From NCBI GenBank assembly GCA_018436095.1, contig JAHDMJ010000005.1, positions 76,400 to 140,399 on the forward strand: 64,000 bases of DNA, in the 5' to 3' direction. The DNA is from Clostridia bacterium. Its GTDB lineage: Bacteria > Bacillota > Peptococcia > DRI-13 > UBA5745. Positions 44,407-53,663 of the stretch are shown one piece after another; position 1 is the stretch's first letter, and each line of letters starts with the position of its first letter. A model generated the notes under the pieces. The model was not told the DNA's origin and did not search any database. It saw nothing but the letters and a program-made list of their open reading frames with translations. Both the position numbers and the translations under genes were made by a program.

Positions 44407-44601
44407 CAAGATGAACATCCCTGTCTTTGCCGCCTTTTCATCGGGAATCCCCTTTGGTCAGTGCGTTTTTATCTCATTGTCCCACAAGGCTCTTTTACGG
44501 ACCCTGTAGCATTGTCTGCCATAGTCTTTTCCGGGCCGCAGAGGACTGGTCTTTCTCCAGCGCTCTTTGGTTTTGGATAATCTGTTCCCCTCAGCCGCTG
44601 C

Positions 44602-45030
44602 TTAAGCGGTATACGAACTCTCCAGGGGCCTTTCCCGCCTGTTTTTGAAATATTGGATCACATTGCGGCGGGTAACAATACCGATGAACATACCTCTGTC
44701 GTCTTCGACGGGGACAAAGTTTTGCTCCAGTGATTTGGTGATCAATTCGTCAATATCTGTAGATATAGTAACAGCTTTATTGTCGGAGTAGCGGGGTAAA
44801 TCAGATATAGGCAGATGCTCCGCCGCTTTTAAATTTAATTGATATTTATTTTTAATGGCCCACAGCAAATCCCCTTCGGTGAGGGTGCCGGCGTATTCTC
44901 CGGAGCGCTTTAATACCGGTATAGCCGTATAACGGTGATACTCCATTTTTTCTAATACTTGGCGCAAGGTGAAATCTTCATAAATGCAAGCCACCTCTTC
45001 TTTTGGCGTCAGGAAAAACAAGATATTCAT
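44602..45030 (-). CDS. CBS-domain pair protein
   Basis: 142 aa with two CBS motifs (YHRYTAIPVLKRSGEYAGTLTEGDLL and FVPVEDDRGMFIGIVTRRNVI). Confidence 0.8.
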   Translation of the reverse strand: MNILFFLTPKEEVACIYEDFTLRQVLEKMEYHRYTAIPVLKRSGEYAGTLTEGDLLWAIKNKYQLNLKAAEHLPISDLPRYSDNKAVTISTDIDELITKSLEQNFVPVEDDRGMFIGIVTRRNVIQYFKNRRERPLESSYTA

Positions 45031-45064
45031 CAGATGTCTCCTTCCTTATATGTCCTGCCAATCT

Positions 45065-46345
45065 TTATTCAGTATACCACTTTAAATCAATAACCGCTAC
45101 CTCGGAATTTGTGCCTACCCGAATGGGCGGCCCCCAGACGCCGGCGCCGGAACTTACGACCACATTGGTATTTTCCAGCTTCTTATGGCCGTAATCCACC
45201 AGGAACAGCCGTTGAGTCACCAGGTTGCCGGGAAAAACCTGACCTCGGTGAGTGTGGCCGGAAAGCAGCAAATCCACACCGCCGGCTACCGCTGCCGGAA
45301 TATCCCCGGGCTGATGATCCAATAGAATCAGAGGCAGACTTTTGTCCCTTGCCGCCGTCAGTTCATCCACAGTAAGCCGGGAGTGATTGAAAAGGCCGAT
45401 GGGGGAGGCGTCTTTCCTGCCGGCAATATAGAACATATCTTCTACCAATACCATTTCATCCAGGAGCAAGGTAATCCCTCCTGCCTCCAGAGTCTGGCTG
45501 ATCTTGGAAAACTGGGGCTCGTTAGAAGAAAGCTGGCCAGCGGCAGACCGGTCATTGCCTGAGCTTCCATCATCTTCAACAATGCTCACTTCGTCAGCAG
45601 GATCGCTTTGCCGGTCTCTGAAGGATATACCCTCCACATCATGGTTGCCCAAGCAGGCATAAGTACCATAAGGGGCCTCTATCTGGCGGAAGGCAGCAAT
45701 GATTCCCTCTACATCCTTCAGACTATCCAGGTTATTATCAAAAATATCGCCGGCTATGCAAACCACATCCGGCCGGGCCTCGTTGATTTTTGCCACAATC
45801 CTGGACAGCCAGGCGTTGTCTACGGCAGAGCCCAAATGAAGATCAGAGACCAAAGCTATCCGCAGCTGGCCGGGCGGGCCGGACTTAACGGACTCAGCCT
45901 GGTATTGCGTCAAACCTATCTGCCGGGCGTGATAAGCCCCATAAGAAACCATAGCCAGGGAGCCGCAAACTACTAAAGTCCCTACCAGCAACAAAGTAAA
46001 GGCCGGTAAGCTCCCGGCCAGGGAGGCCAAAAAGGGCAGCCGGCCCAAAAGCCGCAAGCCGTCCATCAGAATGAATCCTAAAAGCAGGTAAAGGAACATT
46101 ACCATCCAATAGCTGCCCACATAGCGGCAAGCTTTACCTATCAAGCTGCCGGGCAGCAGCATGCCGAATATATAAGAAAATGCCAAAAAGAAAAGAGCCA
46201 GCCAGAATAATCCTTGGAAAAAAGGAGAAAAAGAGAGCCGGAAATAAAACAATAGCCGGGAACCCAAATAAACATTGAGGCTGCTATATATGGCCAGCAT
46301 CAACAGCAACGTCACAACCATCTGCATTGAAAAAGCGCCTTCCAT
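45065..46345 (-). CDS. Membrane-anchored metallophosphoesterase (YkuE-like)
   Basis: 426 aa. N-terminal TM segments, then LVSDLHLG, IAGDIFDN, GNHD and SGHTHRGQ. It has a low-complexity insert after GNHD. Confidence 0.8.
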   Translation of the reverse strand: MEGAFSMQMVVTLLLMLAIYSSLNVYLGSRLLFYFRLSFSPFFQGLFWLALFFLAFSYIFGMLLPGSLIGKACRYVGSYWMVMFLYLLLGFILMDGLRLLGRLPFLASLAGSLPAFTLLLVGTLVVCGSLAMVSYGAYHARQIGLTQYQAESVKSGPPGQLRIALVSDLHLGSAVDNAWLSRIVAKINEARPDVVCIAGDIFDNNLDSLKDVEGIIAAFRQIEAPYGTYACLGNHDVEGISFRDRQSDPADEVSIVEDDGSSGNDRSAAGQLSSNEPQFSKISQTLEAGGITLLLDEMVLVEDMFYIAGRKDASPIGLFNHSRLTVDELTAARDKSLPLILLDHQPGDIPAAVAGGVDLLLSGHTHRGQVFPGNLVTQRLFLVDYGHKKLENTNVVVSSGAGVWGPPIRVGTNSEVAVIDLKWYTE

Positions 46346-46531
46346 TTCTTTATTGTAATCGGTTTAATGCTTATCCTATACCACCTATCTAATATTTTGC
46401 GCTAAACCATCCTATAATACAAGACCTGTTCTGTGAACTTTACATGAAGTCCGGCTAAACCGGTAAAACTCCAGCCTGATTTTTGGGTTTTTGTGGTATA
46501 CTATTATAACTACTTTGACGGGGGGAATCCG

Positions 46532-48277
46532 ATGGCCAATTTAACCGACAGAAAAAAGGCCGGCGGCAGCCGGTTGATGAGAAACCGCTATTTTCTTTAC
46601 ACCACCGCATTTTTTTCCGGCATGTCGGTGATGGCCATAGAACTGGGAGCCAGCCGCCTTTTGGCGCCTTATTTCAGCTCCTCCCAGATCGTCTGGACTG
46701 TTATCATCGGTACCATTATGATTGCTCTGGCTTTGGGCCATGTTATCGGCGGCCGCATGGTGGACAAGAACCCGGACCCCAGCCGGCTTTACCGGCGGCT
46801 TTTGCTGGCTGCCATCTGGACGGCAGCCATTCCTTTTGCAGGAAAGTATGTAATTGCCGGCGTTTCCTTAGTGTTGGCCATCTTTGTAAAAAGCAATTTT
46901 TTGATTTGGGCCTCCCTCTTGTCCTGTTTCTTGGTTTTTGTTTTCCCTCTGCTGCTTTTAGGTACTGTTTCCCCGGCTCTGATTAAGTTTTGTGTGCTGA
47001 ACCTGGAGGAAAACGGTAAGGTGGTAGGCGAATTAGAAGCCATCAGCACCATCGGCAGCATTATCGGCACGTTCTTACCCACTTTTGTCACCATTCCGGC
47101 AGTGGGAACGGCAGCCACCTTTCTGATTTTTGCCGGTATATTGGCAGCCATCAGCCTGGCTTACTTTTGGTCCATGAAAATATATGTGGCCAAAAGCCTG
47201 GCCGTATTCCTGATCATTTGCAGCCTGTTGGTTCTGCCGGTAAACAATACTTTTGCCTTTTGGGAGACCAACCTGCTTTATGAAGGGGAGTCCATCTATA
47301 ATTATCTGCAGGTGAAGGATACGCCCAGAAGCATTGTTTTATCCACCAACGTCCTTGAAGGCGTTCAGTCCATCATGATGAAAAACGAAGAGCTTACCGG
47401 TATGTACTACGACTATGCCCTGGCGGCTCCCATCATGGCAGGCATACCTCTGGGAGTCAAAGCCTTCGGCGGTGCAAGCAGTCCCGGCGGCAATGCCGAA
47501 GCCGCAGGCAGCCCCAATACCGCTGGCGCCGCCGCCGGGAACGCCGCCCAAAGCCCCAACCCTAACCCCAACCTCCTGATTCTAGGCCTGGGCACCGGCA
47601 CTTATGCCACCCAGTGCTTAAACTATTTTCCCGGCATCGAGGTAGAGGGCGTGGAAATCGATGAAAAGATCGTGGATCTGGCTAAAGAATATTTTCGCCT
47701 GCCGCCAGAAGTTAACGTCAGCGTCAACGATGGCCGGGCCCACCTGCAAAACAGCGGCATCTATGATGTTATCCTGGTGGATGCTTACCAGGACATCACC
47801 ATTCCCTTTCAAATGTCAAGCCTGGAATTCTTCGGCATGGTAAAGGACCACCTTAAAGAAAACGGCGTCATGGTAGTCAACATGAATATGCGCTCCAACA
47901 AAGAAGGCTCGATCAATGATTATCTTTGCGATACCATCGCCAGCCAGTTCCCTTATGTTTATACTATGGCCCTGCCGGACATTACCAATATGGTGCTTTT
48001 CGCTTCCCACGACCCATTAATCCTGGAGCGTCTGGACGCCCAGATCCAGGTTTTACCTCAAAACAGCCCTTTTAAAAATTTGATGCTAAATCTGCAGGCA
48101 GGCCTGCAGAAAAGAGAACCGGGTCCCTTGATCTTTACGGATGACAAGGCCCCGGTGGAATTGTTGGGTATGCAGGTTATCGACGAGTTGATTGCCGGCA
48201 ATCTCAAGTATTATCAGGATATTATGGAGCAAGAAGGGATAAAGGGCTTGCTGCGCAGCATGGGCGTTATATCCTGA
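46532..48277 (+). CDS. Membrane-fused spermidine-synthase-like protein (polytopic N-terminal domain plus SpeE-like methyltransferase fold)
   Basis: ATG 46532 lies after a GGGGGG RBS. About 8 TM segments, then LILGLGTGTYA...VEGVEIDEKIV...VILVDAY. A low-complexity insert (GGASSPGGNAEAAGSPNTAGAAAGNAAQSPNPNPN) is present. Confidence 0.7.
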   Translation: MANLTDRKKAGGSRLMRNRYFLYTTAFFSGMSVMAIELGASRLLAPYFSSSQIVWTVIIGTIMIALALGHVIGGRMVDKNPDPSRLYRRLLLAAIWTAAIPFAGKYVIAGVSLVLAIFVKSNFLIWASLLSCFLVFVFPLLLLGTVSPALIKFCVLNLEENGKVVGELEAISTIGSIIGTFLPTFVTIPAVGTAATFLIFAGILAAISLAYFWSMKIYVAKSLAVFLIICSLLVLPVNNTFAFWETNLLYEGESIYNYLQVKDTPRSIVLSTNVLEGVQSIMMKNEELTGMYYDYALAAPIMAGIPLGVKAFGGASSPGGNAEAAGSPNTAGAAAGNAAQSPNPNPNLLILGLGTGTYATQCLNYFPGIEVEGVEIDEKIVDLAKEYFRLPPEVNVSVNDGRAHLQNSGIYDVILVDAYQDITIPFQMSSLEFFGMVKDHLKENGVMVVNMNMRSNKEGSINDYLCDTIASQFPYVYTMALPDITNMVLFASHDPLILERLDAQIQVLPQNSPFKNLMLNLQAGLQKREPGPLIFTDDKAPVELLGMQVIDELIAGNLKYYQDIMEQEGIKGLLRSMGVIS

Positions 48278-48326
48278 CGCAACGGACTCACCATTTTAAA
48301 CCCGAAATATTTGAACCCAAAATAAA

Positions 48327-48376
48327 GGAATGCCGCCTTACGGCTTTGAGGCCGTTGGAGCGGCATTTCCTTTTGC
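48327..48376. terminator. Bidirectional rho-independent terminator
   Basis: GGAATGCCGC ... GCGGCATTTCC with an inner ACGGC/GCCGT stem. TTTT follows on the plus strand and an A-run precedes it. Confidence 0.7.
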
Positions 48377-48413
48377 TTCTAAGCAGCTAAGAGCACCGGC
48401 AGGCGCTCCTTAA

Positions 48414-49724
48414 TTATTCCGGCAAACCATTAAGGTAACGGTAGAAAGGCGCATCGCACCAGATAGGTACTTGCTCAATGTCGATGGCAGGATCAATGGC
48501 TTTGAATTTTGCCAGCACATCGGCTTTGGCTTCCGGCAGGCAGAAGGGATGCAGCGAGTAGTTGCCGTTGGTAATTACGTTATCATAAATCATATGATAG
48601 CCGTCGCCCATTTCTACGTGAGCGTAATACAAAGGCTGCCACCAGGAACCGGCCAGCAGGGCCTTGCCTTCCTCCCCGCTGTTTTTCTTGGCATAATCGA
48701 GGATTAAGCTATCCAGCTTGTCCATATCCTCTTGGCTGGCAAACTCCAGAACCATGTCGTATTCGGTGGCATAAGCTAGCATCAGGTCGTCGTTAACGGT
48801 TTTTACCGCATAAGTAGGCGTAGGCTCGCCGGGTTCGCCCCATTCCGGCAGGTATTGGTAAATGGAAACCTTTGGCTCAAACTGCACCTTGGCTGCAATG
48901 CCCTCGCTTTGCAAAAGGCCCAGCAACTGAGCGGCATGCTTAATATTGCTATGACCATAGATCAAGGTCAGCTCCGGCAGGAAACGGGCGTCATAATGGC
49001 CGGATTTTAAATTGTAACCGGTAGTGACTTGGTTAATGACGGCCTGGCTGCCGATTTCCGCAAGCCTGGCGTCGTCAAAAAGCTCGAAGCTTTCGTAGAC
49101 ATTGATAAATTTGGCATAAATATCGGGATCATCGGTATAACCCAGGAAATTGCGGCTGACGCCATTGACGTCGGCCACGGCCATCAGCAGGCTATTAAGA
49201 TAGGCAATATCCGCCTGATTGTTGGCCTTGGCCATCTTAGCCTGGGCCGGAGTAATCATCTGCAGATCCAATGCGCAGGCAACATAGGGAGCATAAGCTG
49301 CGTCGATGCCTTCAGCGCCGGCGGCTACTAAGGCAGCATTAATTTTTTCCGGACTGTAAACAAGAGCCAGTTCTTCCATATTGGCGGCGATTACCGCATA
49401 CTTTACCCCGTCCAAAGCCCCCACACCATAATCGGCCTGCTGGGGAACCAGTTCTTTTAGACCGTGGGCAGGCTGCAGCTTCAGCAAAGCTTCCGCATAA
49501 GCCGCCATGCTGACAAACTCTTTGTCCAACCTAATGTCAAAATAACGAGAAAGATAGGCAGCATCATCGTTCAGGCTGGCCCCGGTTATAGGGGCATTAA
49601 TAACTGCCGATTGGGAAACCGCCGCTACCGCACTGGCCGGCAATACAGAAAAGCACAGGCAGAGGGTGAGCATTACCGCAAGAATTGGCGCCATAACACG
49701 GTTTTTGAATACATTTGGTTTCAT
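48414..49724 (-). CDS. Secreted protein of unknown function
   Basis: 436 aa with a signal peptide (APILAVMLTLCLCFSVLPASAVA). No family recognised. Confidence 0.6.
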   Translation of the reverse strand: MKPNVFKNRVMAPILAVMLTLCLCFSVLPASAVAAVSQSAVINAPITGASLNDDAAYLSRYFDIRLDKEFVSMAAYAEALLKLQPAHGLKELVPQQADYGVGALDGVKYAVIAANMEELALVYSPEKINAALVAAGAEGIDAAYAPYVACALDLQMITPAQAKMAKANNQADIAYLNSLLMAVADVNGVSRNFLGYTDDPDIYAKFINVYESFELFDDARLAEIGSQAVINQVTTGYNLKSGHYDARFLPELTLIYGHSNIKHAAQLLGLLQSEGIAAKVQFEPKVSIYQYLPEWGEPGEPTPTYAVKTVNDDLMLAYATEYDMVLEFASQEDMDKLDSLILDYAKKNSGEEGKALLAGSWWQPLYYAHVEMGDGYHMIYDNVITNGNYSLHPFCLPEAKADVLAKFKAIDPAIDIEQVPIWCDAPFYRYLNGLPE

Positions 49725-49836
49725 TTGACATCCTCCTTCAGCATAATAGAATGTGCTATAAAGAAAGTACCGGATTTATCATATCATATAACAGTGGAAA
49801 TTGTCACCAATCTTGAGATTTCTATTAGAATGTGGT

Positions 49837-51111
49837 ATGATTCTTATATTTCCAGCGATTGGAGTAATTATTGTGGCGAAAAAAGAAAAACCCGAAAAAG
49901 ACCTGCAGAAAAAAGGCAGCAAAAAAACCATTTTGGTTATTGCTGTCTGTATATTTTTAATTGTTTCTATCGCTTTTAGTTTTTATATGCTTTTAAAAAG
50001 TGGAAAACTCTCCGCCGACGACGGCGATAAATATAATCCCGTGTTCTTACCCGGTGACATAAAGATTATCTGCGATACGGACGCCAATCCGGGAGCAGCC
50101 CCCTCTAAGGAAGCGGCGGATCAGGAAGCCGAGGCAGCCCTGGAAACCGGGGCAAGTCAGGAAAAACCGGGAAACCCGGAAAACCAGGAGGATACGGAGG
50201 ATTCCCCAGCCAAAACGAAAGACTGGTCCCAGGACCCCGCCGCCCGCTACGAGATTGCCGTTGACAGCGTCAAACAGCTATCGGAGGCAGAAAAAGAGTC
50301 TTACGGCCTATCAAAAGAAACCGGCCGCCTGGCCGCCCTGCAACTGGATATCCGCCTGCTGGATACCTCCTATGATTGGAGTTTTTATAACCGTAGAATT
50401 CAAGACGGCAAGGGCAACTGGCTGGACGAGATCAAAGCCGTAGCCAACCAGGAATTGCTGGATAGCGGTCAACAAGATAAGCAGACTTTGATTTTTCGGC
50501 TGCCGGCAACAGACCCCAAGGCTCAGGCCGATGAGTCGGTGACGCTCCATATCTATACCACCTCATGGAACACAAAAGAAAAAGTCGACGGTCAATGCCA
50601 GATTACAGTGGAACCGCCGCCGGCTCCCGGTTCAGAGCCGGTAATACACAACGCCGATACGGAATTTGGCCGTTGGACCGGCAACACCTATAGCAGCCCT
50701 GAGCTAAATATGTCGATTACCCTGCCGGAAAACTGGCGGCTCCAGCCGGAAACCCTCCAGGAAACCAATAGTAATAAATCCATCGAAGGCTCCGCCCTTC
50801 GCTCCGACAACCAGGCGGCTTTTCAGCTCTCCGTAAACAAAAGTGTCGGCAAAAACGATGAAAACGACCAGATCAACTTTTTTAAAAATTTATTAGGCAA
50901 AGCCGTCGGCCACTATACCATCAGCGAACCTTTTTCCTGCACCATTGCCGGCAGGGAATACCAGGGCCTCACCTATAGCTATGCCGATGTTTCCCACCAA
51001 ATTTATTTTTATAAAGACGGCAGCAATATTATCGAAGTGGCCTTGCGCTTCCCCTTTGTGGAAGAAAGCGGCTTCGAACAATTCCTGGCCGGCATGAAGT
51101 CTTTATCATGA
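49837..51111 (+). CDS. Membrane-anchored protein of unknown function
   Basis: Two N-terminal TM segments and an acidic linker. The start is uncertain: the track begins at TTG 49801 and the first ATG is at 49837. Confidence 0.5.
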   Translation: MILIFPAIGVIIVAKKEKPEKDLQKKGSKKTILVIAVCIFLIVSIAFSFYMLLKSGKLSADDGDKYNPVFLPGDIKIICDTDANPGAAPSKEAADQEAEAALETGASQEKPGNPENQEDTEDSPAKTKDWSQDPAARYEIAVDSVKQLSEAEKESYGLSKETGRLAALQLDIRLLDTSYDWSFYNRRIQDGKGNWLDEIKAVANQELLDSGQQDKQTLIFRLPATDPKAQADESVTLHIYTTSWNTKEKVDGQCQITVEPPPAPGSEPVIHNADTEFGRWTGNTYSSPELNMSITLPENWRLQPETLQETNSNKSIEGSALRSDNQAAFQLSVNKSVGKNDENDQINFFKNLLGKAVGHYTISEPFSCTIAGREYQGLTYSYADVSHQIYFYKDGSNIIEVALRFPFVEESGFEQFLAGMKSLS

Positions 51112-51156
51112 GCTTGCGTTTGGCTAAAACCTTATTATGAGCTTGTCCGGCTTCCT

Positions 51157-51936
51157 TCAAATGACCAACAATCTCAAAGATTTTACACAAGGCAGGTATA
51201 ACGGATAACCTGCAGCCGCCACCTCAGGCGGGCTGTCCAGCAGGTTTATGTCCAAATGGCTATCGATAGCTTTTTCCAGCTCCGGCGGCAAAAGGACCGG
51301 CAGGACAGTATCTTCGTGAGGATTGTCGCCGCAGACAGGGGACAGCAGCTCCCGGTTATAAAAACGCAAAAAACATCCGGCATCTTCCCGGTTTAAGAAA
51401 GGCTGCCCAAAAGAAAGGGTCAGCTTTTCTTCTTTATAGGCAATGTTTTCTCCTCGCAGATACATGGCGCTGTCTTCGGCAGAATGATTTTTCTTGCGGT
51501 TAGACACCCCAAAATTCTTTTGCCTGCTGTCCGAAGTAATGAAAATAATGGGGCCTTTAATCCATTGCCTCAGTCTGGGCAGCACTTGGGCAAGGCGTCC
51601 AAAAAAACAAAGGACAGCGGCGTCATACATCGCCGGCGGCGGCTCAAGCTTAGTGAAATCACCATTAACTGTCAAAACGTTGTTTACCTTGCGGCGCAAA
51701 ACCTCATTGTTCAGCCAATCTATAGCCTCGAGGCTGATATCCAGGGCCGTAACCTCTTTGGCATGAGGCGCCATAGCCAAAGAAAGATAACCAAGACCGG
51801 CGCCCAGATCAAAGATCCGGGCCCGGTCCCGGTTTGGGATATACGATAACACTTTTTCCGCCAATAACTGATGGTAATTATGGGTAGCCGCCGCCCGCCG
51901 GTACCATTCGATGCTTTCGCCGGTCCAAAAAATCAT
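51157..51936 (-). CDS. Class I SAM-dependent methyltransferase
   Basis: 259 aa with motif I RIFDLGAGLGYLSLAMA and motif II VTALDIS. Confidence 0.75.
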   Translation of the reverse strand: MIFWTGESIEWYRRAAATHNYHQLLAEKVLSYIPNRDRARIFDLGAGLGYLSLAMAPHAKEVTALDISLEAIDWLNNEVLRRKVNNVLTVNGDFTKLEPPPAMYDAAVLCFFGRLAQVLPRLRQWIKGPIIFITSDSRQKNFGVSNRKKNHSAEDSAMYLRGENIAYKEEKLTLSFGQPFLNREDAGCFLRFYNRELLSPVCGDNPHEDTVLPVLLPPELEKAIDSHLDINLLDSPPEVAAAGYPLYLPCVKSLRLLVI

Positions 51937-52114
51937 GAAATTCCTTTCGCCCTGCCTCTGGCAACAGATGATCCTACCGCCTGTCTCCGGCAGCAGATGA
52001 ACACCGTTCTTCTATCGAATTATTCGATGAAGCAATTTGTTTTCAGTAGTATAGCCCCGGCTAAGGTTTTTGTCAAATAAAAAACGGCGCCGAGGCTATA
52101 GGAGGCGGTCACGG

Positions 52115-52198
52115 CTGCCGCCGGGGGCATGGTTGCCGGCCAGGAATACGACTGCCGCCGAAGGGCATGGTTGCCGGCCAGGGGTACGGTTGCCGAGG
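52115..52198. repeat. GC-rich 37-bp tandem repeat, 2 copies plus a partial third
   Basis: CTGCCGCCGGGGGCATGGTTGCCGGCCAGG at 52115, CTGCCGCCGAAGGGCATGGTTGCCGGCCAGG at 52152, and partial GGTTGCCGAGG at 52188. Confidence 0.85.
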
Positions 52199-52205
52199 CA
52201 AACCC

Positions 52206-52524
52206 AAAATTGCAGGCATCAGTGGAGTAGGGAGTCATGGCTAACACTCAAAATTGCAGGTTTGTCGTTGTTCGCATAGTCTAACTGAGCAAAAATGCAG
52301 GTTTGTTGTCGTTCGCATAGGCTAACTGAGCAAAATTGCAGGTTTGTATACCTCTAAATCCCTGCTTTGGAACGGCTTTGGCCCGCAAATGGGGTAAAAA
52401 CCCTATTTCCAGGCCAAAATACCTTTTACAAACCTGCAATTTTGCTCAAAATGCCACGACCCTGGAAACAAACTTGCAATTTTGCACATTTCCAAGTACA
52501 TGCCGGCTACAAACCTGCAATTTT
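52206..52524. repeat. Opposed 41-bp-phased motif arrays around an ~80-bp core (best-preserved copy of the family)
   Basis: AAAATTGCAGGTTTGT at 52250, 52291 (one mismatch) and 52332, with a partial copy at 52206. ACAAACYTGCAATTTT at 52428, 52468 and 52509. Confidence 0.85.
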
Positions 52525-52544
52525 TGTACAAAAATTCGTTTCAC

Positions 52545-52573
52545 AAAAAAAGAGGGCGGTTGCGCCCTCTTTT
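52545..52573 (-). terminator. Rho-independent terminator after the DUF3298-like gene
   Basis: AGAGGGCG-gttg-CGCCCTCT. Seven T follow on the minus strand and TTT on the plus strand. Confidence 0.8.
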
Positions 52574-52590
52574 GCATTTTCCCTTCAGGC

Positions 52591-53493
52591 TTAGCCTAAA
52601 GGAAAAAGCTCTTCATCGGATTTCTGCTCTTGCAGGGTCTCATCCTTCGCATTTGTCTCATCAGCCGCATCAGACTCATCCGCTTGATCTGCCACACTTG
52701 CCGCACTTGCTTTATCAGCCGCATCAGCCTCGCTCATTTCCTCTGCCTCATCGGCGGCGGCAGCTTCCTCCGCTGCGGCAGACTCCTGCGAAGCCGCACC
52801 CTCGCCGTCGGCTGCTTGCTGCTCCTCAGCTTCTGCCGGCAGCGGGATCACAAAAGAAGGCCGCCCCATGTAGCCGGGGGCAATCTCATATTTGTCGAAA
52901 AGAATGGTAATGTCTGAGCCGTCCACATAAAATTTGGTCTTCTCGCTGACGCCTTTAAAACCTTCAAACCCATTTTCGCCATTGAAATACTGGCCGGGAT
53001 TAGCCTCAATGGCGTCACCGATGACTTTATCGGCGATGGCAAAGGCCTCGGCTCCCAGGATATCCTGCAAGTTCAGGAGCTTATTTTCATTTTTGTCCAA
53101 CACGAAGGTGGAAAGCTCCTCAAAACGGTTATTGCCGGAAATGGTCATGGCATGAAGGGCAACGGACATGTACCGGGAGTTGCCAAAGACATCATAAGAA
53201 AAAATGACGACCAAGTTTTCCTCTTCCATCTCCCCGGCTTTGACTAAAGCTTCATCGTAAAAAACATTTACTTTGTCGTTTACCTGCTGGGCAAAAAGCG
53301 GATCACTGACCTTAAATTCCGGCAGATGGCCGGTTACTACAATCTCCGCGCTGCCGAAAACCCTGTCGGCTATCGTCAAATTCTCATTGGATGTAATTAC
53401 CCGGTAACTGCCTTCGGCAAAAAGGGGTTGGGCGATTAAAAGGGCTCCCGTCAAGCAGGCAGCAGCTATCGTATGCATCATTCTCTTATTCAA
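52591..53493 (-). CDS. Secreted DUF3298/DUF4163-like (PdaC/RsiV-type) protein with an acidic A/E/D-rich tail
   Basis: 300 aa with a signal peptide. DGSDITILFDKYEIAPGYMGRPSFVIPL is typical of DUF3298. The C-terminal tail is low-complexity and acidic. Confidence 0.6.
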   Translation of the reverse strand: MNKRMMHTIAAACLTGALLIAQPLFAEGSYRVITSNENLTIADRVFGSAEIVVTGHLPEFKVSDPLFAQQVNDKVNVFYDEALVKAGEMEEENLVVIFSYDVFGNSRYMSVALHAMTISGNNRFEELSTFVLDKNENKLLNLQDILGAEAFAIADKVIGDAIEANPGQYFNGENGFEGFKGVSEKTKFYVDGSDITILFDKYEIAPGYMGRPSFVIPLPAEAEEQQAADGEGAASQESAAAEEAAAADEAEEMSEADAADKASAASVADQADESDAADETNAKDETLQEQKSDEELFPLG

Positions 53494-53663
53494 CTAAAAC
53501 TCACTCCTTATTATGGAATTATATATTATAAAATATAGCCAATTCTAACATAAGGAGAGGATTTTGTCGCTGGTAAGTAATTGGCAGGCAGGACAAGAGC
53601 ATGAGTAAACAACCGATGAGCATTGTTTGCTCATGCTCTTGCCGTAATTAGCAGAGCTTATGA

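Noticed and set aside
44407-44601. Assignment of the ABC-operon leader to a named riboswitch class (TPP, SAM-I, cobalamin, Moco, guanidine-I)
   Set aside because: The order and sequence of the diagnostic boxes could not be matched on either strand. These boxes include CUGAGA with CUGGAUAAUGCCAGCG, GGUGAAAAUCC with GCCACUG, and others. The region is kept only as an unclassified candidate leader.
52463-52480. Sigma-54-like promoter CTGGAAA-CAAAC-TTGCAA inside the right-hand array
   Set aside because: The GG-N10-GC spacing fits, but the TGGCAC box is poor. The match is created by the repeat motif itself, the other repeat units lack the GG, and no downstream gene is in the right orientation.
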